From: a virus
Taxonomy: Duplodnaviria > Caudoviricetes
Strand: one strand, 5' to 3'
Length of the DNA: 39,423 bases
Virus record (IMG/VR): IMGVR_UViG_3300020044_005112
Coordinates: 1 to 39,423 of that record
The notes under the pieces were generated by a model that had not been told where the DNA came from, made no database searches, and saw only the letters and a program-made list of their open reading frames with translations. Shown one piece after another: positions 8,045 to 15,646 of the stretch. The first letter of the stretch is position 1. Each line of letters begins with the position of its first letter. A program made the translations under genes and the position numbers.

Positions 8045-10924
8045 TCATTTCCCGTATCTCCTCATTGTTTGTGCTTCGATGGCCAGCGGCAGCCCCTGCG
8101 CCCACGCCGGGGCCGTGGCCATCACCTCCTGCATCAGCGCCAGCACGTCGTCGGGGCGGTCGGTCTCCACCACCACCTCGTCATGGACGTGCATCACCGC
8201 GCCGTGCGGCTCCAGATGCCGCAGCGAGTGGCGCAGGATGTCGTTGGCGACCGCCTGCGTGACGTTCTCGCAGTTATGCACGATCAGCGGCTGCCCATCT
8301 ACGCCTTGGACGACAAACTGCTTGCGAGGGCCGCAGTTGATGAGGTCGAAAACTTCCGAGTAGCGTCCGGGGCCGCAATCAGATCTGCTCCAGTCACGCC
8401 CTTCGACAGTCGGTACAGCAGCGTTGTCTGACCAATCCCGGTCCGTTCGGACAATTCGCACACCAGCATGGGCCCGAGAGGGCTGTCCACCAGCCGAGAA
8501 CTGCGCTTGTTGCGCGCCTGTTGTCGGTAAGTTGCCCACCGGCAGTTCTCCAGCGAATACGGCCCGTTGTTGTCGATACGGTCCAAACACAAACCCGGCG
8601 CATAGGCCGGACCCATGTCGGCCCAAAAATTCTCGAACGACTCTTGCCACCGAGCGCAGACGCCGATACCCCTTGCGCCGTAGTTCTTCCACGCTTGGTG
8701 CGATGGCAGCCGACACCGATCTAGCATAGACCGCCAAACCGCAAAAGCCGGATGCCTGCTCATGCCGTGAGTCTGATGCGCGGCGGACTGCAACACTTTT
8801 TTCTTGCAACCGCAAGACGCTGGCCGCGCTACGCGCACCAACTTCATGTAGTTTTGCAGCTTCATCACCCGCGTCTGCCCGCAGTCGCAAGTTATCTCCC
8901 ACACCGCTCTGCGCCCGTCCGTGCCCAATGGCTTCGTGGCCATAAGGTAGCCCACACGGAGCCCGGTGATGTCCTTTAGTTTGGTCTGCACGTCGCCACC
9001 CTTTGTCAGTAAGTACCAAATGGTCTGCAGTCATTGCAACTGCAAACGCATAATTTACCCTACCAACACCTTGGTGCGCAAGCCCTTGGTGCATAACCCA
9101 CTCAACCCCATCCCACACAAGATCCGCACGGCGCACTTGTTCGATAGGCACCCAGCCCCGATTTGTCAATACAGGAGTGCCTTTAGCTATGCAGGCCAGC
9201 CCTCGCCACAGCCGGGCGCGGGGCCACTCCTTGGCGTCCGCTGCGGGCTTCCATGAGGCCTTGGCGTAACTCACGCCGTCGGCCTCCAGCCGCGCAAACG
9301 GATAGCACAGAACGCGGCCAGACGGCAGCGCGTACCAGAGGTGTTGCTCATCGTAGAGGTAGGTGGTGCGCCCAGCCGAGAACTCCCGGTTGGGGTGGCG
9401 CATCGCCGACGTGTACGCCGACTCCAGCGCCTGCCCGTGCAGCATAGCCCAAGGATTCGCGCGACGCCAGCCGTTGACCATGCGCGTTGCGTCAGCTTCC
9501 GACACATGCACGCCGTAGATGCGCCCGAACGTAGCGAACGCGCCAGGCCCGCCGAGGAACCCCAGCGCCAGCTCCTGCACCTTGCCGATCTGGCGCTGGT
9601 CTTTGGTCACGTCCTCATACCGCACGGCGAAGGTCGCGCTGGCGTTGACCTTGTACGGGTCCAACTTGGAGCGGAACACGTCCAGCTTGCCCTCGCCTGC
9701 GGCGCAGTTGCTCAGCCACGGGTGGACGCGGCCCTCAATGGCCGACCAGTCCGCGACGACGAACACCTTACCCGGCGACGGTATCAGCGCCGGGCGCAGC
9801 ATGGACTTCAGGACGTCGGTGACTCGCTTGCCGAACTCAGGCGCAATTGAGCCGCCGCCTGCCATCGCTTGTCCGACGGCTTCGGGGTCATCGGCGCACA
9901 TGCGCGGAAAGTTGTGCGCCTGCAAGCCATAGCTCGACGCGCGGCCCGTGGCAGAGCCACCAGCGAAGACGAACGCCCCACGCACACGACAATCCTCGTC
10001 ATCCGCAAGGTGGGCCATACGCCCGAACTTGGCTGCGCTGCTGGCCCACAGGTCATCGGCTGCTTGGATGACCTCGGCCACATCGGGGGGCACGTCTTCA
10101 TGGTGTTCTTCGGCTAAAGTCAGCAACGCGGCACGCACGGATTTGTCGATGGACTGCTTTTCTTCGCCGTCTTTGTGCTGCACCATCAACTTGCGCGCCT
10201 CGGGGCCGAGACGCTCCCAGACCCACTCGCGCATGCGAGGTGAGCGCACACTGCGGATGGCCCCGCCCGTCACCTCGACCACGCGGCGCTGAATCTCCTC
10301 AAGCTCCACGGCGGCGTAACGCTGCGCGGCCAAGGCCAGCGGCACGTCCACCCGCACGCCACGGTCGTTGATGCGCTCGTTGATGTGATAGTCGGCTAAT
10401 TCCTCGTCGGTCAACTGCCGCATGGCCTTGCTGACGGCCCGCATGGCGCGCACGTCCTGCGCGCAGTAGTCGAACAAGTCGGCCAGGTCTTGGGGCGTGT
10501 GCTTGAAAGGCGGGATGCAGCACTTGCGCACCAGTTGCGCGCCCCGGTGGTCCTTCAACATGCCAGCGCCAGCAAAGCGCCCCACGTCCTCCAGCGAGCC
10601 AGGCGCGCAGTTGGCGCGGGCCTGCGTGGCGGTGCAATAGAACTGCCCCAGCGCCGGCTCAGGCGCGCCGTGGTCGGGGCAGAGTACGTACCAAAAAATT
10701 AGACGTTCGAACGCCGCGTTGTGACAGTACAGGCGCTCGCCGGCCAATATGGCGCGGGTCACCGACAGCGGGAACGGCTGATCGGGCGTCCAGACCTGCA
10801 CGTCCTCGTCATCATGCGCATACGCCATGCACAGGACTTGTGTGGATGGGTGCTGCGCGTAGTTGTAGACGCCCCGAGCGGGCAGGTCGCACTCGGAGCG
10901 CGTCTCGAAGTCAACCCAGATCAT
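8045..10924 (-). CDS. Family A DNA polymerase (SPO2/APSE-like), 959-aa precursor containing a 307-aa intein (652 aa spliced)
   Basis: Exo I VDFETRS, Exo II HNAAFER, Exo III YCAQD; ATGRASS; motif [10 protein letters not shown]; motif [17 protein letters not shown]; motif C MHVHDE. Confidence 0.93.
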   Translation of the reverse strand: MIWVDFETRSECDLPARGVYNYAQHPSTQVLCMAYAHDDEDVQVWTPDQPFPLSVTRAILAGERLYCHNAAFERLIFWYVLCPDHGAPEPALGQFYCTATQARANCAPGSLEDVGRFAGAGMLKDHRGAQLVRKCCIPPFKHTPQDLADLFDYCAQDVRAMRAVSKAMRQLTDEELADYHINERINDRGVRVDVPLALAAQRYAAVELEEIQRRVVEVTGGAIRSVRSPRMREWVWERLGPEARKLMVQHKDGEEKQSIDKSVRAALLTLAEEHHEDVPPDVAEVIQAADDLWASSAAKFGRMAHLADDEDCRVRGAFVFAGGSATGRASSYGLQAHNFPRMCADDPEAVGQAMAGGGSIAPEFGKRVTDVLKSMLRPALIPSPGKVFVVADWSAIEGRVHPWLSNCAAGEGKLDVFRSKLDPYKVNASATFAVRYEDVTKDQRQIGKVQELALGFLGGPGAFATFGRIYGVHVSEADATRMVNGWRRANPWAMLHGQALESAYTSAMRHPNREFSAGRTTYLYDEQHLWYALPSGRVLCYPFARLEADGVSYAKASWKPAADAKEWPRARLWRGLACIAKGTPVLTNRGWVPIEQVRRADLVWDGVEWVMHQGLAHQGVGRVNYAFAVAMTADHLVLTDKGWRRADQTKGHHRAPCGLPYGHEAIGHGRAQSGVGDNLRLRADAGDEAAKLHEVGARSAASVLRLQEKSVAVRRASDSRHEQASGFCGLAVYARSVSAAIAPSVEELRRKGYRRLRSVARVVREFLGRHGSGLCAGFVFGPYRQQRAVFAGELPVGNLPTTGAQQAQFSAGGQPSRAHAGVRIVRTDRDWSDNAAVPTVEGRDWSRSDCGPGRYSEVFDLINCGPRKQFVVQGVDGQPLIVHNCENVTQAVANDILRHSLRHLEPHGAVMHVHDEVVVETDRPDDVLALMQEVMATAPAWAQGLPLAIEAQTMRRYGK
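8273..9193 (-). mobile_element. Intein in the DNA polymerase (residues 578-884)
   Basis: Block [11 protein letters not shown], block B TADHLVLT, block [10 protein letters not shown], block G LIVHN followed by +1 Cys. Excision restores LWRGLA|[11 protein letters not shown]. Confidence 0.92.
8299..8991 (-). CDS. HNH homing endonuclease (230 aa) encoded in the +1 frame entirely within the intein
   Basis: [69 protein letters not shown] and a C-terminal HTH-like segment; SD-like AAAGGGTGG before GTG; the 5' codons have high GC3 in this frame. Confidence 0.88.
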   Translation of the reverse strand: MQTKLKDITGLRVGYLMATKPLGTDGRRAVWEITCDCGQTRVMKLQNYMKLVRVARPASCGCKKKVLQSAAHQTHGMSRHPAFAVWRSMLDRCRLPSHQAWKNYGARGIGVCARWQESFENFWADMGPAYAPGLCLDRIDNNGPYSLENCRWATYRQQARNKRSSRLVDSPLGPMLVCELSERTGIGQTTLLYRLSKGVTGADLIAAPDATRKFSTSSTAALASSLSSKA

Positions 10925-11696
10925 TGCATGTAGGCTCGGATAACGGCTTCCGCGACTTGCGGGACGATGGCATTGCCGTAGGCGCGCAGGCGTCCCACTC
11001 GGGCGGTAGCCCCATGAGCCAGCGGGAATGTGCCGGGTTCAACTGGCCGCCACTTGTCGTCTCGGCAGTAGAGCCAGTCAGCATCTGCCCAGTGGCCGTT
11101 AGTCGGGCGGGCTCCGCAGTCTTCGCCACTATGCCCAGTGGCTTGTGTAACCCTCCTAAGTTTGGGTTCTTGGCTTTCATCACCTTCTCTCGCGCCGCCC
11201 ATTGTTCCGGGGTTTCGTTCGTGTTCACCGTGTCGGCGCTGCGAGGCGTCGGCCAGCCCGCCAAGTTCGCCTGCGTGTTCAGCCCACCGCTGCGCTTCCC
11301 AGTAGAGTCGCTGTCGGATATGCGGGGCGCCGACGCCCGCAGCGCAAATATCGACCGCTGCGCTGGCGTAATCCGCGCCTTCCAAGTCAGCTTGTACAAG
11401 GTCGAGCCACTCAAGACCGTCGCGGCTTGCAACCTGCTCGCCAAAGACGACTGCAGGGCGGCGCTGCGCGATGAGACGGAACAGGTGCGGCCAGAGGTGG
11501 CGCTCGTCACTGAAACCGTCTCGCTTGCCTGCGGCGCTGAAGGGCTGGCAGGGGCAAGAGCCCGTCCAAACAGGCCGGTCGTCAGGCCATCCGGCGCGGC
11601 GCAAGGCGAGGCTCCAGACGCCGATACCGGCGAAGAAATGACACTGCGTGAAATCTGCGAGGTCCGCAGAATCCACGTCGCAAATAGACCGCTCAT
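10911..11696 (-). CDS. C5 methyltransferase beta-type subunit overprinted in the +1 frame of the alpha gene (about 261 aa; ORF open from 11729)
   Basis: Carries TRD-like GWPTP and motif IX-like LNPAHSRWLMGLPPEW, which is missing from the alpha frame; SD-like GGGGTGG before ATG 11696. Confidence 0.7.
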   Translation of the reverse strand: MSGLFATWILRTSQISRSVISSPVSASGASPCAAPDGLTTGLFGRALAPASPSAPQASETVSVTSATSGRTCSVSSRSAALQSSLASRLQAATVLSGSTLYKLTWKARITPAQRSIFALRASAPRISDSDSTGKRSGGLNTQANLAGWPTPRSADTVNTNETPEQWAAREKVMKAKNPNLGGLHKPLGIVAKTAEPARLTATGQMLTGSTAETTSGGQLNPAHSRWLMGLPPEWDACAPTAMPSSRKSRKPLSEPTCNDLG

Positions 11697-11784
11697 CAAC
11701 CACCCCCGACGCGATATGACCCGCTGCAATCAGATTGCGCAGCCACTGCGCCGCGTAGGGGTCGATCTCGTTGTAATAGACCAT
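10921..11784 (-). CDS. DNA (cytosine-5) methyltransferase, alpha/catalytic subunit (287 aa)
   Basis: HFFAGIG (I), GSCPCQPFS (IV), GEQV (VI), PHIRQRLY (VIII), YGNAIVPQVA (X); no motif IX in this frame. Confidence 0.88.
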   Translation of the reverse strand: MVYYNEIDPYAAQWLRNLIAAGHIASGVVDERSICDVDSADLADFTQCHFFAGIGVWSLALRRAGWPDDRPVWTGSCPCQPFSAAGKRDGFSDERHLWPHLFRLIAQRRPAVVFGEQVASRDGLEWLDLVQADLEGADYASAAVDICAAGVGAPHIRQRLYWEAQRWAEHAGELGGLADASQRRHGEHERNPGTMGGAREGDESQEPKLRRVTQATGHSGEDCGARPTNGHWADADWLYCRDDKWRPVEPGTFPLAHGATARVGRLRAYGNAIVPQVAEAVIRAYMQ

Positions 11785-11787
11785 AGC

Positions 11788-11814
11788 AAAAAGCCGGAGC
11801 CTTTCGGCCCCGGC
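11788..11814 (-). terminator. Intrinsic terminator downstream of the putative SSB gene
   Basis: Minus strand GCCGGGGCC-GAAA-GGCTCCGGC-TTTTT; ends 3 nt before the MTase ATG. Confidence 0.75.
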
Positions 11815-11826
11815 CCCCTCTCTTGG

Positions 11827-12474
11827 TTAGGCCACGCGACGGCGACGGGTCGGTGCCGGCTCAGCCGAGTCGGCCTGCGGCTCGTCGGCTTGCGCCTCGG
11901 GGCCGTTCATGCCGACCCACTCCACCACGTCGAACACTGGCGTGTAGATGCGCCCGTAGCTCTTGTGCTGGTAGTGGTCCTTGCCGAGCGTGACAACAGC
12001 AACGATTCTGCTGCTGTCCTTGTCGGCCTGCTCAGCCACAGCCAGGGCAAGCTCCTGCACGCTGCGCTTGCCGCCGACGGAGGTCGCCGTGTAGCGCGCT
12101 TCCATGCCGGCGTCTTCACCGGAGAGGCACTTTAGTGAGAAGCCGATCTGCATCTCCCAGCCCTTGGACGCGCCCGGAGGTGCGGCCTCGACCTCGGGCA
12201 GCGGCTCGGTCATGGGCGCCATCTTTTCGCCAAGAACCTGACCATCGCCCCACGCGATAAAGCCGTGGACGAACGAGTACGGATTCACGGCCCACTTGCT
12301 GCCGGGCTCCACCTCGTCTTGGTCTGCGCCAAAGACCCAATGGCCGGTGCGGTCCATCTTGAGGATGACCGTACCGCCTGCTGGCGCGGCGGATTGCGCC
12401 GCCACGCGCAGCGCGCTGGAGAGGGAAGAAACTGCCGGCAAGCCGGCCTGCTTGAACGCTACGAGATTTGACAC
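11827..12474 (-). CDS. Putative ssDNA-binding protein (215 aa)
   Basis: Lies between the Cas4-like nuclease and the polymerase; aromatic-rich beta core (YQHKSYGRIYTPVFDVVEW) and disordered acidic tail; strong SD and its own terminator. Confidence 0.6.
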   Translation of the reverse strand: MSNLVAFKQAGLPAVSSLSSALRVAAQSAAPAGGTVILKMDRTGHWVFGADQDEVEPGSKWAVNPYSFVHGFIAWGDGQVLGEKMAPMTEPLPEVEAAPPGASKGWEMQIGFSLKCLSGEDAGMEARYTATSVGGKRSVQELALAVAEQADKDSSRIVAVVTLGKDHYQHKSYGRIYTPVFDVVEWVGMNGPEAQADEPQADSAEPAPTRRRRVA

Positions 12475-12497
12475 TTTATGTCCTTTCGATAACTTGA

Positions 12498-13610
12498 CTA
12501 AACTCTAGATAAAGCAGCACGAAGCTGCTCGCCGATCACCAACACAGCCGGACGAGGATCACCCGCCGACGCGATGGTGTTGCCTGACGACACGCTCACA
12601 ACCTGATTGGCCGGGAACGTGACGCCTTGCTCCTTGCAGACCTTCTCCATTTGGGCAGGACTGCGCAATTTGATTTCTTGGTAAACGGTGGGGTCGATGC
12701 CGGCGTTCAGCCAGACAACGTGCATCCCCTTGTCATCGGCCCACTGCCGCACGGGGCGCTTGGGCACCAGTTTATAGCCTGGCACCGGTAGGCCCTTCTC
12801 CAGCCGCGCCTGCGCCAGTTTGCGCGCCTCGACGATGAAGTCCTCCAGCCGCTCGGCCATCGCCAGCGCCTGCCCCAGCGCCTCGGGGTCCACGGTGGCC
12901 AGCGCAGTGTGCGTCACGCGGTCCACGGCCCCGGTCATCTGCGGGCAGATGGGCTTGGCCGTACACCAGCGGCAGTGGTCGCCAAGGACCGTAGGCGCAT
13001 CGGCGCGCTGGGCGGCCTGCACGGCCACAACCAGCTCGCGCTCGAACTCATGGACGCGCTTGAACGTCGTCACCCAGCGACGGACGTGCGGCGGCTGGAC
13101 GATCACGATCTCAATCTCTTCGGCGCCATCGAACGCCCACTGCACCTTGCTGGTCTTCATGGCCGCAGCGGCGTAGAACAGCCCCTGCTCGCTCTCCTCG
13201 GCCTCCACCATCACGCCGTCGCCAAACTTCCAGTCCAGCACGACCGCGCGGTCGCCCACGCGCCCGATAAAGTCCGCGTTGCCGAACACGCCTTCCAGCG
13301 CCTTGACGCCCTCGAACTCGACTTCAACCTCTTGGACGAACTGCATGCGCTGCTCGGGGTCGATCTGGTCGAGCGCGTCGAGGCAGAACTGCAGCTTCTC
13401 GGCCTGCTCGTCGGTGAGCTTGTGCTTGGCGATGACGTCGCCCAACTCGCCATCGGCCAGCAGGTCCTCCATGCAGCCGTGCAGGAGTGTGCCCTCCTCG
13501 GCGTACTTGGACGATGCCTGCGGCGGCATCTTAGCGACCAACGCCACGCTGCCAGGGCAGTTGATGACGCGCTTGGCGGTGGACCCGCCGACGACTTTAC
13601 TGTGTTGCAC
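12498..13610 (-). CDS. Cas4-like PD-(D/E)xK exonuclease (DUF2800/APSE gp51-like, 370 aa)
   Basis: GSTAKRVINCPGS, AEEGTLLH, FGNADF...VLDWKFG, CRWC...C; SD GGAG before GTG 13610. Confidence 0.85.
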   Translation of the reverse strand: MQHSKVVGGSTAKRVINCPGSVALVAKMPPQASSKYAEEGTLLHGCMEDLLADGELGDVIAKHKLTDEQAEKLQFCLDALDQIDPEQRMQFVQEVEVEFEGVKALEGVFGNADFIGRVGDRAVVLDWKFGDGVMVEAEESEQGLFYAAAAMKTSKVQWAFDGAEEIEIVIVQPPHVRRWVTTFKRVHEFERELVVAVQAAQRADAPTVLGDHCRWCTAKPICPQMTGAVDRVTHTALATVDPEALGQALAMAERLEDFIVEARKLAQARLEKGLPVPGYKLVPKRPVRQWADDKGMHVVWLNAGIDPTVYQEIKLRSPAQMEKVCKEQGVTFPANQVVSVSSGNTIASAGDPRPAVLVIGEQLRAALSRV

Positions 13611-13640
13611 TGTGAACTCCAGTTGATTGATGAGGACTGC

Positions 13641-13681
13641 AGTGTAGGGCTGTTGACAGATCATTGTCAACAGTTCAGAAT
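13641..13681. promoter_or_regulatory. Divergent overlapping promoters centred on a perfect 9-bp-arm inverted repeat
   Basis: CTGTTGACA-gatcat-TGTCAACAG (13650-13673); leftward TTGACA-18-TACACT, rightward TTGACA-17-CAGAAT. Confidence 0.7.
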
Positions 13682-13706
13682 CACAAAAAATTTCGGAGAA
13701 CGGGTT

Positions 13707-13904
13707 ATGGACACTGAGGCTGAAGTGGTGAAGGACATCCTAGCGCGGCAGCGCCGTGGGGTGTCGAAGTATGGCGTGACTGTCGCCAACAACCCGCTGC
13801 CGTTGCAGGATTGGCTGCAACACCAGTACGAGGAATTGCTCGACGCTGCGATCTATTGCAAGCGGGCGATCCAAGAGATGCAAGCCAAGGACGACAGGAA
13901 GTGA
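13707..13904 (+). CDS. Small MazG-like nucleotide pyrophosphohydrolase-type protein (65 aa)
   Basis: RGVSKYGVT...WLQHQYEELLDAAIY (EExxD); SD GGAG. Confidence 0.65.
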   Translation: MDTEAEVVKDILARQRRGVSKYGVTVANNPLPLQDWLQHQYEELLDAAIYCKRAIQEMQAKDDRK

Positions 13905-14101
13905 CAGTCAAACTTACCAACGACAAAGCCGCAGCGGTAGACCAAACCTACTACTGGCGCCCACTGCACACTTGCCCGCTGTCGGCCAAGGTCCAACTGC
14001 TGACGACGGGCGGCGTGGCCGTCTACGGCCAGTATGCGCCAGGCACGGGCGGCTACCTTGGATGGGCACCATTGCCCAAGAAACCGGAGTGGATGCGATG
14101 A
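13901..14101 (+). CDS. Hypothetical protein, DUF551-like (66 aa)
   Basis: GTGA-coupled; WRPLHTCP...GWAPLP. Confidence 0.65.
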   Translation: MTVKLTNDKAAAVDQTYYWRPLHTCPLSAKVQLLTTGGVAVYGQYAPGTGGYLGWAPLPKKPEWMR

Positions 14102-14493
14102 GTGACTTGAGAGCCGCCGCCCAGCAGGCGCTGGAGGCGTTGGAGATATGCGCAGTCAGACAAGAACATCAATGGCATGGGTTGCAACAAGTGCAGATCG
14201 CCAAAGGCTCACTGCGCGCCGCGCTGGAGCAGCCGGAGCAGGAGCCGGTGGCGTGGCAATGGTTGAACACTGCGCACTTCCGCAAAAAGCTGCCCGCCGA
14301 TGCTGAACCGGGTGCATGGAATCCCCTCTACACCCACCCACCCCGCCGCGAGTGGCGAGGGCTGACGGATGAACAACTGCTGTATGTTTACAACGAACTA
14401 CCAAATTGGGGGATGGATATGGACAGCCTGTCACCAAAGCTAAAGCAGTTCGCCCGCGCCATCGAGGCCGCGCTGAAGGAGCGCAACGCATGA
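14098..14493 (+). CDS. Modular hypothetical protein (131 aa)
   Basis: ATGA-coupled; modules LRAAAQQALEALE / EQEPVAW / PLYTHPP / LTDE / FARAIEAALKERN. Confidence 0.7.
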   Translation: MSDLRAAAQQALEALEICAVRQEHQWHGLQQVQIAKGSLRAALEQPEQEPVAWQWLNTAHFRKKLPADAEPGAWNPLYTHPPRREWRGLTDEQLLYVYNELPNWGMDMDSLSPKLKQFARAIEAALKERNA

Positions 14494-14684
14494 CCACCCT
14501 ACGCGAAGCTGCCCAGCAGGCGCTGGAGGCGTTGGAGAGCACGCAGCTCTATTGCGCGCATGAGCACTACCCGCGCCGTCGTGTTGCTGACGCCATCACC
14601 GCCCTCCGCGCCGCGCTGGAGCACGCGGTCAGTGATGAACGCTTCGCCGCCCTTGTCGCCGAACAGGAGCGAAACCATGACTGA
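14490..14684 (+). CDS. Modular hypothetical protein (64 aa)
   Basis: ATGA-coupled; LREAAQQALEALE...AITALRAALE. Confidence 0.65.
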   Translation: MTTLREAAQQALEALESTQLYCAHEHYPRRRVADAITALRAALEHAVSDERFAALVAEQERNHD

Positions 14685-15099
14685 CCTGAGAGACGCTGCG
14701 CGTCAGGCGCTGGCCTACATGGAAAGCATCGGGCAACAAGACATGTACCCGGAAGAGTGGGCCATTGCAGAAGCCCTCCGCGCCGCGTTGGAGCAGCCGG
14801 AGCAGGAGCCGCTTGCGTGGCTTGAATCGCCGTACGGTTCAATCAGGATGAACGCAACAATGCGGTTTCAGTTTCCTCCGCAAAGCCTGAAGTGGAAGAT
14901 ACCCCTCTACACACACCCACCCCGCCGCGAGTGGCGAGGGCTGACGGATGAGGAGATGGTGGCGATTGCGCACCGGAAATGCTGGGAATACCGGCATAGC
15001 TCAGACCCGCATCACAGCCACACATACAAGTTCAATCACAGCACTTTGACGGACTTTCGCTACGCCATCGAGGCCGCGCTGAAGGAGCGCAACGCATGA
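14677..15099 (+). CDS. Modular hypothetical protein, paralogue of 14098-14493 (140 aa)
   Basis: SD AGGAG; same constant modules with different intervening segments. Confidence 0.7.
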   Translation: MTDLRDAARQALAYMESIGQQDMYPEEWAIAEALRAALEQPEQEPLAWLESPYGSIRMNATMRFQFPPQSLKWKIPLYTHPPRREWRGLTDEEMVAIAHRKCWEYRHSSDPHHSHTYKFNHSTLTDFRYAIEAALKERNA

Positions 15100-15386
15100 A
15101 GACCGAGAAAGAGATCGAAGCCTACCTCGTCGGCGCTGTCCGGGCGATGGGCGGCACGGCGTACAAGTTCGTCAGCCCCGCCCACCGGGGCGTGAGCGAT
15201 CGCGTGGTCGTGCTGCCCGAAGGCATTGTCTGGTTCGTGGAACTGAAGACCGAGACCGGCAAGCTGTCGCCGTTGCAGGAGATCTTCCGCAACGACATGC
15301 GGCGCCTCCATCAGAACTACGCCTGCCTGTACGGCAAGGCCGACGTCGACAACTGGGTGGTGTATGTGAAAGGCGGTGAGAAGTGA
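15096..15386 (+). CDS. VRR-NUC domain nuclease (96 aa)
   Basis: EKEIE...KFVSP..GVSDR...FVELK...GKLSPLQ. Confidence 0.9.
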   Translation: MKTEKEIEAYLVGAVRAMGGTAYKFVSPAHRGVSDRVVVLPEGIVWFVELKTETGKLSPLQEIFRNDMRRLHQNYACLYGKADVDNWVVYVKGGEK

Positions 15387-15646
15387 ACCGCGACGACATC
15401 ATCCGCATGGCGCGGGAGGCTTACCGCGCATACATGGATTGGGCCGACCGAGATGACCCGTGGCGGCGTGAACACGGAAGCAAATACTACGAGGACGAAG
15501 CCATCAAAAAAGCTGCTCTTGCAGCCGCCGCTGCCGAGCGCGAGGCCTGCGCGAAGGTATGTGAAAGCCTGTTCGATCTTGATGATGACTCATGCAGTGA
15601 GGCCGAACAGTGCGCCGCCGCCATCCGCGCAAGGGGGCAAGCATGA
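15383..15646 (+). CDS. Hypothetical phage protein (87 aa)
   Basis: Coupled on both sides; DDIIRMAREA...EREACAKVCE...CAAAIRARG. Confidence 0.75.
   Translation: MNRDDIIRMAREAYRAYMDWADRDDPWRREHGSKYYEDEAIKKAALAAAAAEREACAKVCESLFDLDDDSCSEAEQCAAAIRARGQA

Larger units (their letters stand above)
14119..15099 (+). repeat. Interspersed near-identical direct repeats among three modular genes
   Basis: 50 bp at 14323-14372 vs 14902-14951 (1 mismatch); 37 bp identical at 14457-14493 vs 15063-15099; about 33 bp at 14215-14247 vs 14779-14811; 28 bp at 14119-14146 vs 14511-14538. Confidence 0.85.

Noticed and set aside
7983-8048. 21-aa [24 protein letters not shown] coupled to the polymerase stop
   Set aside because: It has an ATGA overlap but is too short and featureless to support; possibly a gene remnant.
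8299-8991. HNH as a pseudogenised or frameshifted in-frame intein domain, or as a group I intron ORF
   Set aside because: The polymerase/intein frame is uninterrupted with intact protein-splicing motifs, and the HNH frame is complete with its own start; no RNA splicing or error is needed. Read-level confirmation is still advisable.
10840-12135. 431-aa antisense ORF over the MTase and SSB genes (a third open frame)
   Set aside because: No motifs or RBS; best explained as a shadow of GC-rich, doubly constrained coding sequence.
12498-13610. Cas4-like gene as part of a CRISPR-Cas system
   Set aside because: No array or other cas genes; solo Cas4-like nucleases are standard in this replication module.
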